Shown here piece by piece: positions 35,301 through 47,300 of a DNA stretch of 64,000 nucleotides. The translations under genes and the position numbers were made by a program. The DNA is from Raillietiella orientalis (taxonomy: Eukaryota): NCBI GenBank assembly GCA_036172245.1, contig JAYWIR010000009.1:1674001-1738000 (forward strand), given 5' to 3'. The notes below the pieces were generated by a model, which was not told the DNA's origin, made no database searches, and saw nothing but the letters and a program-made list of their open reading frames with translations. How positions within the stretch are numbered: position 1 is the first letter of the stretch; each line of letters opens with the position of its first letter.

Positions 35301-38300
35301 AAAATCGCAAATGGAGGTGGTCGTGCAGAAGGTGAGATGGCGAAGCCAAAGAGTCATGAGCTCCATTGCGCACGGATCCAAGTCAGCGAACCTCGAGCCG
35401 AGTCAGAGGCAACCACCATCGTGGATCCAGGCGGGCGCTCTTTCTTCTCCCGCAAATCGGGAGTCGCGTCGAGGATCGTGCTTCTGGCCCCTCGGTTCCA
35501 AATCCATCGTTTCGCCAGGTGACTCCATTCTGGGCCGGGATCGCAACTCGACTGAGGGACTGAAAGCGAACCGCATGGGAACTCCGGAAGTGTTGGGTAA
35601 CCTCGAAGGTGAGAAGATTTTTACAAAAAGAAAAGAAAATTCGAAACGTCGGCCTGCTGCCATATGAACCTTCGAGCCAGTTATCGCATGCACCTTCCTT
35701 TCAGTGATCCTCAAGAGAGATCACATCTGGAAGTTCCCACACACCTTCAATCACCCAAAGGCGCACCAGGAATTTCGCCCGGTGGAAGAAGGGCGCTGAT
35801 TCGAAGATCGTGAGAAGAAGTTGAAGTACTTTCAAAGAGCCTTTCGATTCCTGTTCTGTCAGAGAGCCAGCATGAAAAGCCGGTATTACCAGAGCAGGGA
35901 AGAGGTAGGTAGAACCAAGAACAGAACCAAGAATGTTGGACGACGACAACCATTCTTCTTTGGGTCCGCACATCAGGAAGCAAGCTGTTGTTGGAACCAA
36001 CAAAGTCGCACAGCTTCCTGCTGCAAACACGCTCCAGGTTACCGAGGTGCACTCTCCCATCCCAGACTTGAAATTCGCCCTTGCCTGCTCCGCAGATCTC
36101 AGCATCTCCGAAGCTGCCGACTGCCTCGGCCAAAGCGCGTAGGAAGATTGCTGCTGTTCCTCCATCCACAAGACATGCTTGAGGACGTCATATGGCATTG
36201 TGTTCTCTTCAAATTACCTTGCTTCTAAGAGTCTTAAAGCATTCTAAAAGTTTTTGGTTCGCCAGGAGCTGAAAGACCGCTCGCCTCCTTGGAGGAGGCT
36301 CATGGAGCTCCTTAACACCGCCCACGCCACCCGAGGGTGCGTGTCACTCTTCAATTTATAGGGGGTACCATTCTACGAATCCAGGAAGGAGGTCCTGGAG
36401 GAAGCAGTCTGTTCCTCTCTTGTTGCTGGATGGGAACCCTGAAAAGAACATCTTCCTTGTTCTTCTCCCGGTTTGTGGAGGCTGCTCCATCGTTTCTTCT
36501 CCGGAAGGAACCCGCGCAAGGGAACCGCTCCTTGTTTCTCCCCTCCGAAGAGAACCCCGAAGGGACGATTCCCAATTTCTCTGGAGAGAGCTCCCCGAAG
36601 GGAGCAGCGCTCTTCTTAACACTCTGGAGAGGCGACCCCCGAGGGGGTTATCGACCAGCTCCGTGGTGCACGATGGAGGATCATACCCATCGTGGAAGAA
36701 GGGAGGGTTCCATTTTCCCAGCCGGGGGGAAGACCCGAAGGGAACCAACTTCTTGATTTCTGGAACAATACCGGAGGCAGTCAACTCCCAATCCCGGCCA
36801 GTCAACGGGGCCGTACGGTTTCTGGCTGTTTCCTCCAGTGCCGCGCCCAAAGCCTGTGGGCCAGCCAGCGTCATCCTCCGGGGCGGATTCGAAACCCCGC
36901 AACGCAGTCCGCATTTCCCGGCGTCTATCCTCCGCGTGGGGATTCGACCCCGCGACGCTTGGTGCCACGCGCGAGAATTGCGAATGCATGAGACGCCGAA
37001 GAGTGGAGGACCATTGGCTTCTTGTATTCCTGTGCGGACTGCCCGCGTGCCTGCGAGATTCCATACTGGAGGAATCCTTGGAATGAGGATGCGCGGCCGC
37101 TTTCCGAAACTCTCTGATTTGTTGGTGTGTTCCGATAGCGAAATGACCAAGGTGTCCAGGAAGGAAGATCGAGGGGAGCAAGGAATCCTAGAGTGATCAG
37201 CCTCGAGGGAAGATTCTTCGGAAAGCACCACCCGCGAAAGAAGGCCCATTGGCAGAATTCTTGGCAATGTCCTTGACTCGAGGATGCAATGGCGAATTCT
37301 TCCAGTGAAATCAAAAGCACCCTTGGGTGGAATATCGATTAGCGCTTGCACAACCCCTTCCGACCGTTTTCACAAGCCGCATCAATGGAAATGGAAAGTG
37401 TGACCGTCTCAAGAGCTCCGCGGCTCAAAGAAGCAGCCGGACAGGAAAAGGAATCGCACCGAGTAACCGTGGAGACGCTGAATGAGGTGCTGCGTTGCCC
37501 TGTTTCCGATTCGTTTTCAGATGCCTTCGCGCGGCGGTGCCCAACATCCACCCGTAAACGGCGGTGGTTCGCGCATTCCGAACGCTTCCGCCGGCCGTGC
37601 CGCTCTTCGCGCGAGCGACTTTCATTGCCGCGACGTCCAGCTGTCCCCGCAGTCGCCCGTGCCCGTCCCCCGTCCGAGAAGAACCCAAAATCCCGTCTCA
37701 CGAATGCACCAGCAGGAGGGCACGATGAAAAAAAAGCATCTTCAGAGTCTCGTTTCCAAGATACTGAACCAGTTCTCCACCCCCCTACCTCCCACCCACC
37801 CACCCCAAAAAGAAAAAAAGAGAATACATGACTTTGGCGGATTTGCATTAAGGAAGAATGGCACCTCCTGATGATTCCACTGCTTTAAATGGAAGCGGAA
37901 TCCCCCCCCCCCTCGCGGGAAATTCATTCTCCGGACACGAACGAGCTGAGTGAGAACACGTAGTGGTGGATTTCAAAACACGGCCGATGCAGGATGAAAG
38001 GACAAGGAATCGGCTGCATTCTTCAACGCAACTGGCGAGAAGACCATTGAGGAGGCAATCCGGAGCAAAACGCCAGAGCAAAATGATGATGTTGATGATG
38101 AATGGTGACGTGATTCCCCGTGAACCTCGAAAGCGCCCCCGAGCCCTGGATCTTTTCAGGGAAGACTTTTGGGAATTCCAGCCTTTCGCCTGCTCTGTCG
38201 AAAAATGGAAACCGCGATCCCAAAATGCTTAGCGACTCCTCCGGAAAGTTTTATCAAAGTGACTGAGCATTGGGAGAGACCGCGATCAGCTGCTCCGCTC

Positions 38301-41300
38301 CGCCAAGGATTTTTTTTTTTTTTTTTTTCCTTTCCAAAAGCCAAGCAGGTTTCCAAGCTCGATAGAATTTATAACGGAATCATGCAAAGGCGAGTACCTG
38401 ACTGGAAGTAATGAGGATTTTCATCCATTTCCCGTACCATCTTGAACACCTCGCTGTCCTGCTTGAATTGCTTTTCGCTCTTTTGAAAATTCACCCTGGA
38501 AAAAAGGACAGTTGTCAGTGCCTCGAGGCAAGGACTTTTTGGACTATCTGCAAGAGCAAGAGACGGCGAACTGAAATCACAGACGTTCCCCAAGAGATGC
38601 CTAGCCAAGGGGTTCTCTCGTACATTGGACGTGCGCGGCGAAATTCTGGAGGCGCTTCGCTTTCGAAACCTTCGCTGTTTTCCCGATAATGAGTGTTGGC
38701 GCTGAGGCATTTCGAAAGGGAAAGCATTCCTCCTTTTGCATCAGGCGATGTGTGCAGAGGAAACGTGCAACACTGAACTCGAGTTAAGCAAAACGTCTGG
38801 AATGAACGTAATTATTCATATTCCTGGTATTCATCTTCGCCGAATGCCAAGAACGGATTCCAACGCTGCTTCAAGCGGCGAATGGGACCAGAATAATACT
38901 CGGATTCCACCGCCCGCCACTGGGTCACCTCAGATCAAGGATGACGTGGAATGCAAACACGGGGGCCCGAAGATCATCCGAAGAATGAGGTGCCAGAGCA
39001 CGCCACATAAATAAGTCGAAGGCAGATGAAGAAAATCGGAGAGGAAGGGAAGCAGCGTTGGCAGCTCAGTGCCGAGCCAACGGAGACGAGTCCCTCATCA
39101 TGAGGGGAGGTTTCAGAGCAGCACCCCCTAGCTCGGTTCTACCACTTTTTGGACCTCTGCCTCCGCTTGCTGCATCCGCTGACTGAAAACGGTCACGGGT
39201 TCGCTTAAAAGCGGGCGGTGATAGCGTGGCCGAGTTCCTGCTGAGCTTCCAGCATTTCCAGAAGGAATAATCGAGATGGAAATTGAGGCTTCATTTCTTA
39301 GAAACTCCCTCCGACCGAAGCTTGTTTGCATTTCCATGCAGAGGACAGTGGGAACGTCAGCAGGGAGTAGGTATTCCGTGAATATTCGTAGCAACGTCCT
39401 TTCTCCTCATCACTCCAAAACGAGCTCAGCATTTTCGAGGAGAATCCGTCGGGAAAATGCATCTTTATGCTCCTCGTGCTTTTCCGAGGATCCAGTGATT
39501 AAAACCTGGAAGTTCCGATACGTGTCGAAAACCTTCCTCCAGGGGTCCCTGCAATCCACCTCGTTTGCAGACGGCACGGCGGATTGTCTCCATCTTGGGA
39601 ATCGGTTTGTGTCTCAGAAAAAGAAAAACTCCCCGATCGCTATTTGAGCGCAGAGCTCAACACGTGCGATGTTGGAAATCTCTCCTTGAAGGACACTCTT
39701 TCCTCAAGAACGCTGCGTTCTTTCTTCTTGCTCGCGGGTGCCTTCTTGAACAGGAAGCAGATGACGGGAAGATAAGGCAATGGCTGCCTCTGACCGTTTC
39801 CGGAACTCCGAAAAGCTGGATCCATGCAGACTTTCTCCGACCCAAACCCGTCGGGAGCAGCAGGGTTCTCGCGCAACGGGATCCTCAGTTCATCCACGAA
39901 TTCACTCTGACCAAGTCCCATCTGAGAGGGCATCTTTTGGGAGGGGCATTTCCGGAACAATCCGAAAACCCCCTTTCGTACACATACCCCAAGCGATTTG
40001 CCACGATGCCGTTAAGGGGAAAAGGGAGGCATGAGCAGGTGTGTCCAGGTTAACCGGGATGCGGAGGAACTCCCGTTCCTTGATCACCACGTGCTGTGGA
40101 GATTCTGTTCTCCCCCACATACGCGTTTAATCCGGAAAGCACCCTTTCGAAGGAGGAATCCCTGCAACCACGAGCAGCCATGAGGAACGCAGAATGTAAC
40201 ACATCCTACGCTGGAAAAAGTTCCGGGGTATCCCCAGGTTGAGACCAGGAAGAAAAAAGAAACACTTCCCAATGGCACTTGGATGATGGACCCTGTCATT
40301 CCCAAGCACGGTCGGCGACTTGTGTCCCCTGAAACTACCGTGGATGCGTTCCACAAGGGCTGCAGCCCGAACTATCAACCTCTCGTTGTCAGCTCTCGGA
40401 GTGGTTTTCGACATTATGACAGCCTCGGTCAGCCACTGCCAACCTTCAGACCGCACGATCGTTTGGGAGATGGGATGCAGGCCACAATTCAAAACGCAAA
40501 AATGCCAATTTCATGGGCCGTTTGAAATGCAAATAAAGGAATTGGCTGTTATGAATTTTATGTTATACGGGTGGCCTCATATGTCACCGATGTGACCATT
40601 GGGTCAGTCATCTTACTCAAGCTGTCAAGCGCTAAGGATGGAGAACTCAAAGAAAAAGAACAAATGGGATGGGCAAACGAGTTTTTGCTTTTTTTTTCCC
40701 CTCCTTCTGTGAAATAACATTCGCATACATAAAACGCGTAACGAACTTATTATAGAGGGAAAGCAAGAAGGATTCTGAATTCTGAAGCAAGAACTCTGAA
40801 TAAAGCCTTGCTAATCGGACATTCCGTCATTGGGCCAAGTCATCAAATAGGTTATAAGGAATAAATTTTCAAAAAAGAATGTCGAAAGAGTGTAGAGGAG
40901 AGACACACTGCTGGCTGCACTGCCGGCCCAGAGGTCACGGGTTCGTTCCCCATGGCTGCTGTATGGGAGAGCTTATGGAAAACCTGAAATGCCCCGCTGG
41001 ATTCCCCCAGCGAGCAGACGCAGGAGCGCTGGGTTCATTCTTCGCGGTCCAGCGGGGATCGAGATTCACAGCTGGAGGAGAAAGCGAGCTTACTGGCGCA
41101 CCACTCGGAATCCACACTGCCCAAGGGTCGCAGAATAATTTTATCCGAGAACTCGCTCCAGTTCATCCACGTCCTGCTGGTGAAGAGTTTGGGGAAAGTG
41201 ACCACCACCACGTGCGGAAGCTGCGTTGCCCAAAAAGCATCGGCTGTTCGGATGCGATGAATGCGAATTGAACGAATTTTCGAGGTGACTCTTCGCACTC

Positions 41301-44300
41301 TTCCGGAGCATCACCGAAAGCAGTGTGGCACCTCACATGGAATTGCGTGATGGCAAGAGGCGGAACTGATGGCCGTGGTTCGTTTCCAAGGAAAACATAC
41401 GTGGCTGGGGGAATGCGATTGCTGGAACGTCCCGTATTATAGGTATGAATGCAAACATTGTTTCACGCATATGCAGCTTGCACGTACACTTGTGTGTACT
41501 GTGCGTACACATACACATGAAGAGATCCTTGTGGAGTATTAATTGCATTCCATTTTAACTAGTGGTTTTCCTGGTCTCAGCCTCCATGGACTCACTTCTG
41601 GAGACGAAGAGTTGCGTGGTGGATCCAAGCTCGTTATTGATTCAAGTGGGCAGCTGTCGTCATCGCCTGCTGAGAACCGTGGCCTATCAGATTGCTGCAC
41701 TCGCGTCTCACAAGCCACTGGTCATCGCAAATGTCTGGTACTTGTCCAACTTCTAACGCGTTCCACCCATTTTCACCTGGGGATGCTCACTACAACTCCA
41801 GAGGGATCGACCATATCCCATGATCAGGGTGGAAGTGCTTGGGCTTGGTTTAGGACAGGATCGGCCGGGACTCCATTCTCCCATTTCTGTTGCGATTGCG
41901 AATTGCTTCGGGGCTTTCCAGGACTGCTACTCTTCTTGCGTTGCTTCACCCGCCGCCTTTTCCTAACGTGCTTGGAATTTACTGGACTCTTTCGAGACCT
42001 CCGAGATATTCCATCCAAGATCTCATCAAAGCCGTCCGCCGCCCATGAAAACTCACCACGAAGGGGAGCGCTCCCCCGGGAGCCACGAGCGAGGTGTCAG
42101 TCGCGCATCGACGCCGTCTTCCGATGGCAACCGCAAGGACGCTGGCTGGTCGCTGCGGCTCACTCAGTGGACGCGAGTAAAAACAGCCGCTCCCTGGTCC
42201 CTGATCTTCAAGCGTCTCCGTCGAAGTGAATGCAGCCAACGGGAGGAGAGCATCTCCAAGAGCTCATTCCACTCTGTCGCAAGAGCCGTTTGGGAGCTCC
42301 TGCAAGTTCGCGGCCTCGGACTTCCTTGCCTTGCACGCGCCGACGAAGCGAGCGGAAGAACCGGCTTGGGGCAATCACATGGGCAAAAATCCGAAAGATG
42401 CGGTTCGTCGAACCGCGCAGCACGTCTGTCCGTGGGAATGATTCAGCGCTGTCCCTAAAGAAAAGTGCTGTTGATGACTTTGGGGTTCTTCCGCTTTGTT
42501 GTTTTCCTTCCAGCTTTTCCTTTTTTTTTTCTTTTAGGTTCGCCATATGCTGGAAAAGTGCCGTTCGCCTACTTAGAAGAGGCTCGCGAAACTCTTGGAC
42601 ACTGCCCACGCCACCCCAGGGTGCGTCTTAGCTCTTCCAGTTATAGGGAGTACCACGGGAGGGGGCCACACTACGAATCCAGGAAGGAGGTCCCGGAGGA
42701 AGCAGTCTGTTCCTCTCTTGCTCCTGGGAGGAAACCTCGAAGGGAACCTCGCCCTGTTTGTCTCCGAAGAGAACCTAGAAGAAAATCACCCCTTCCTTGT
42801 TCTTCTCCCGGTTTGCGGGGGCCTCTCCATCGTTTCTTCTCCGGAAGGAACCCGCGCAAGGGAACCGCTCCTTGTTTCTCCCCTCCGAAGAGAACCCCGA
42901 AGGGACGATTCCCAATTTCTCTGGAGAGAGCTCCCCGAAGGGAGCAGCGCTCTTCTTAACACTCTGGAGAGGCGACCCCCGAGGGGGTTATCGACCAGCT
43001 CCGTGGGGCACGATGGAGGATCATACCCATCGTGGAAGAAGGGAGGGTTCCATTTTCCCAGCCGGGGGGAAGACCCGAAGGGAACCAACTTCTTGATTTC
43101 TGGAACAATACCGGAGGCAGTCAACTCCCAATCCCGGCCAGTCAACGGGGCCGTACGGTTTCTGGCTGTTTCCACCAGTGCCGCGCCCAAAGCCTGTAGG
43201 CCAGCCAGCGTCATCCTCCAGGGCGGATTCGAAACCCCGGGACGCAGTTCCCATTTCCCGGTGTCGATCCTCTGCGTGGGGATTCGAACCCGCAACTCTT
43301 GGCGCCACGCGGAGAGTCCGCCGTAGCCACACGGCCGCCAGCGGCGCGGGCATCGCGACTCCTCTTCAAACCACGCAGGGTCTCCAGATGCAGTGCAGCG
43401 GGAAAGCCTGGCGCGACCGTCCCTAACGATATGACGTGAGGATCGATTCTTCGTTGCTCGTTCGGATGTCGGCTCCGCGCCCACGGAGCGCACGGCCTCC
43501 ATCCGCACTTCCCGCCCGACACTGAGCCGAACCCGCAATTCCACTGCGGAGGGAAGGCGATCTGCGCATCTCGGCGCCGTGCCCTCGCTGTTCCCCGAAC
43601 ACGTGAGCGCACGCTGCCGAGGCAGCGGAGCGCGCCTTGGAATCGGCAAAAGGTCCCCACCACCACCTACCCACCCACCCACGCGCGAGTGAATGCTGCA
43701 CGTGGGATCCTCACTTCGCTCCCTCCGGACTCCGGAGCTGAGCGGACCCCGGGAACAGGACACGCCACTCACCAAAGACGCGGGCTGCGCGCGTGCTCCG
43801 GTTCGTCGCACGCTCCCGCAGCACAAGACGAAACTCCGCCGCCCCCGCCCTCCCCTAGAAAGACTCCCCGGTTTGACGATTCTCCTCCGACGCCAAGCGG
43901 AGGGCCTGAAATCCCAACTGCCGCCGGAAACAACTGCGCCGCTGCCGCCGCAGCAGCAGCAGCAGCCGTGAGCGGCTTCCCTCTCTGCGAGGGGTGGAAG
44001 ACGAGATCGCAGTTCCTGCGCAAGAACCCAGCACCCGGCAAACTCCACAGGTGACTCATCGATCACGTCGGAGCGCCAGATGGGGGAGCGAAGAGCGCGG
44101 AATGAGAACCTCGCTCTCTCCCAAGCACGAACTTCCCGTTCGCAGTAGCTGGAGTGACCCACGGGTGGTTGGACCCACGGCACGCCGCGCCTCTGGTCCA
44201 GCAATCAGTCAGCTGGGGTATATACCAGACTGCACTCCGGAAAAAGGCAAGGCGCGTCACTTCTTTGCCGCGCCTCCCCCCGCCGTCCGCGTGAAACTCT

Positions 44301-47300
44301 TGCATAAGACAACAGAGAACGGGACAGCCTACCCGACAGCCCCAGTCGACAGGACCTCGCTCTGGGAGTTGAGTGCTTCGGCGATGCTCTTCTCGCTGTA
44401 CAGCTTCAGGGGAGAGTTGAACTGCTTGTTGACGAAGGTCTTCGCGGGGCCGCCCGGGCTCTGAGCCGACGGAAAGCCGTGTCAGCGGGGCGCACGGGAA
44501 GGGGCGGGCAGGGGGGCGGGCGGGCGGGCGAGGGTGGAACCTGAAAGCAGCGCGCCCGCCGGTCGCTTACCTCTCCGTGGTAGGGCTTGGGCTGCGCGTT
44601 GTGTGCCGAACCGATCCTGCTGTATTCCTGAAACGAAGGGGGTGGTCAGCAAAGGGGCTCGCGCCAGAGGAAGAAGGCTGCGTCCGCCGCAGGGCGAGAG
44701 CGGCACAAGAGCGAAGCTGCCCATCTTATCCGCAGCTTCCTCCAAGAATGCTTTTCTTTTTTTTTTTGCTTTTCCCTTTCTGCATGTGCGCGTCCTCCTC
44801 CCTCCCTTACTTGCTCATCGCTGTACCTTTTTTACGGAACTCGGAGTGTTTCTAGAGGTCGGTGGGATCTTAGCAACCGCTATATCGCTCCTACTAAAGC
44901 ATGAGATGTTATTAGTGAAGAAGCTCAGCTTAGGTCTCTGCAGGCGGACGATCTTCTTAGGATCGAATGGCCTGGGCAACGTGTTAAAGACGCATTTCTT
45001 TATCCTTTCTCTCTGGAAAACGCACAAGAGCAAACAGTGCGAAGCAGTGCGATGTTAGTCCGGAGGTGCAAAGCAAACTTCCCGGAGGAACCAGCCCTTC
45101 CGCCAAAGCAACCAGGCAAGCCAAGCAAGAGAGGCGCATGCGGAGGGGACGGGAAAGACACGTCTTCTTTGGCTGGTGCTGCACCACAGGAGAAAGGGAG
45201 TTTACAGGAGCGTGCAGGGACTTTCCTTCCCTTCCGAGTCGGTCGGCGTCTCCCGTACCAAGAGATGTTGGGAAAAAACAACAACAACAACAAAAAATAC
45301 TCGTCAGCGCATTTCTCCTTCTTCTTCCTCTTTTTTTTTTTTTTTTTCAAAAAAAAAAGGAAAGAAAAGATGGCAAGCCGAAACTCCCGGTAGCCAATGA
45401 CTGGCTCCGCTGCCCCTCCCCCCTACGGACGCCAAATCGTCCTGATTTTTCCCACCGGAAACGACGGTCTCGGCTACTGCGGGGCGCTTTTGCTGCCGGA
45501 AGGATTTCTTCCTCCCCGAGGATGCTCCATCCCGTAGGAGCTCTCTACCACCTGCTTCCGGGGAGCTGAGGAGTGCGAGAGGACAAGAAGCCAGAGCGGC
45601 CCCTCCAACGCACGGAGGGGCCCCGCAGTCGGTCCGAGACTGCGGGGTCTCCCCGGAGCGAAGCGAAACCTCAGACCTGGGTTTCTGGAGCAGCGGCTCC
45701 ACGAGAAGGTATGGGCCGGGCTCCAGTCCGAGGCCTGGAAGACTACGTGGCTCCAAGACGCGCGCGGCATCAGCGTGTAAACCGCCTCCTTGTCACCATC
45801 ATCAGCAGCAGCAGCAGTAACAGCAGCAGTACCGTTGTTATCCTAGTGTCGCGGAAAGAAGCGGGGAGAAAAGAGGCACGTCCAGAAATGCCGCTTCAAT
45901 GGTCAGTAGCTCTCGGGTTAGTTCAAGCAGCTCTGAGGCGACAGCAGGAAGGCGATTTGATGACCACAGACTCAAGAGACCATTTTCGCATCCAACAGTC
46001 GCGGACGCATCCGCCGTCATGAGAACGCGCGCCACAAGTGGAGCCGCGGCGCTGCCAGGATGCCTCTTCCCAGGAGGAGGAAACGAGAACACGCGGAGCG
46101 CATCTCCTTTCGCACCGGTCCTCGGTGCAGCATCCGGCCGAAGCGGACTCTGCGCGCTGAGGGGAGTTGGGAACCCGGTCTCGGAAGCGTCCCCCGTCCT
46201 CACAGCCAGGGAACCCTGCCGTTGCTAGGAGCAGAGGAACGGAGGAGGAGACAGGCCTCGTTCCCGGGGAGCCTTTCGGCAAAGTCGGCAGCGACGCGAA
46301 GTGCTCTCGGTCTCCATGAAACACCGAGGGCTTCCGGGAGCGGACTGCAGAGAGCGCGTTGGAGGGTGGACCCCGTGCCGAGGACGAAAAAGCACACTGA
46401 CGAGGATTTCCCTTCACTCCAGAAGCACTGCGCCACCAGCGATTTTCCAGAACAGCCTCCCGGGCACTTGCACGACCCCGTGGTCAGGTCTTTGAGAGAA
46501 GGAGGAGGAGGAGAAGAGAGGGGAGACCGCTTGAGGGCAAACGTACCTGATGGGGAGCGGCCAACGAAGTCTTCGTGTAGTGGTAGCCGTTTCCGTAGAG
46601 ACCGTCGTTGGCAGCTGGCGACGACAGGACCTCGACATGAGGCTTCCAGGAAAGGATCGGGACGCTGCCTCTGGGCGTGAAAAGTCGACCCGTGAGATCC
46701 GTCGCAGGGGCGTCCGCAGTGCGCTCCTTGCTCTCTTCCTTCACCCGCATCCAACGTCCGCGCCAGACAAAAGCATCCTTCAAGGGGTGATGCTCCCCCC
46801 AAAGAGTTCGATTTCCGCTGCCCCGTGCACCACCACCAGCACGCACACACAGACCATCTTCCTCTTCAGCTACCGAATCCATCTGTTGCCATCGTCTCTT
46901 CTCAAAGGACGCCCCTAAACGACCATCATGGTCTATTTCCCTCCCCCCTCCCCCTCAAGACAGCACTTTCGGGCAGGCAAGTGGAAGAGGAAACGGCAGA
47001 GACACGAAGACGCTCCCTTCCACCTTCCGGCGTCTGCCGCTTTCCGGCACGGGGGCGGATGCCAGGAGCCAAAGAAGGCGAATTGCCCCTCACCCTTTTG
47101 GGGCGAGAAACACACGCGTGGGGCTCCGTCCACGAGTACGGATTAATCCCCCTTCCCTTCCGCGCGTAGACGGATGCGTTGACCCGTGAACCGCAGATTG
47201 AAGTTGACCTCCGCCCAAAGGATGGAGGGACGCACACGGAAGGAGGCGGATGGACAGATGGACGGAGACCCTGGCAAGCGAGTGAGCACGAGCCTTCCGA

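Noticed and set aside
40597..40845. Degenerate direct repeat CATTGGG(T/C)CA(A)GTCATC around an AT-rich stretch
   Set aside because: Too short and imperfect to call a TSD or an element without other copies.
42700..42960. CRISPR-like or REP-like array of short palindromes
   Set aside because: The units are degenerate with no unique spacers, there are no cas genes, and the context is a eukaryotic intron; these are SINE-internal subrepeats.
42786..44204. 472-aa ORF, and related 240-330 aa ORFs at 36356-37351, 36420-37196 and 42595-43326
   Set aside because: They overlap SINE copies, are open on both strands, have no domain motifs, and the frames are not preserved in the other copies.
44482..44540. 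Alternative acceptor (ctttcag at 44541) in intron 4
   Set aside because: It would leave a 30-nt intron, shorter than any supported intron here, and no evidence supports an exon extension.
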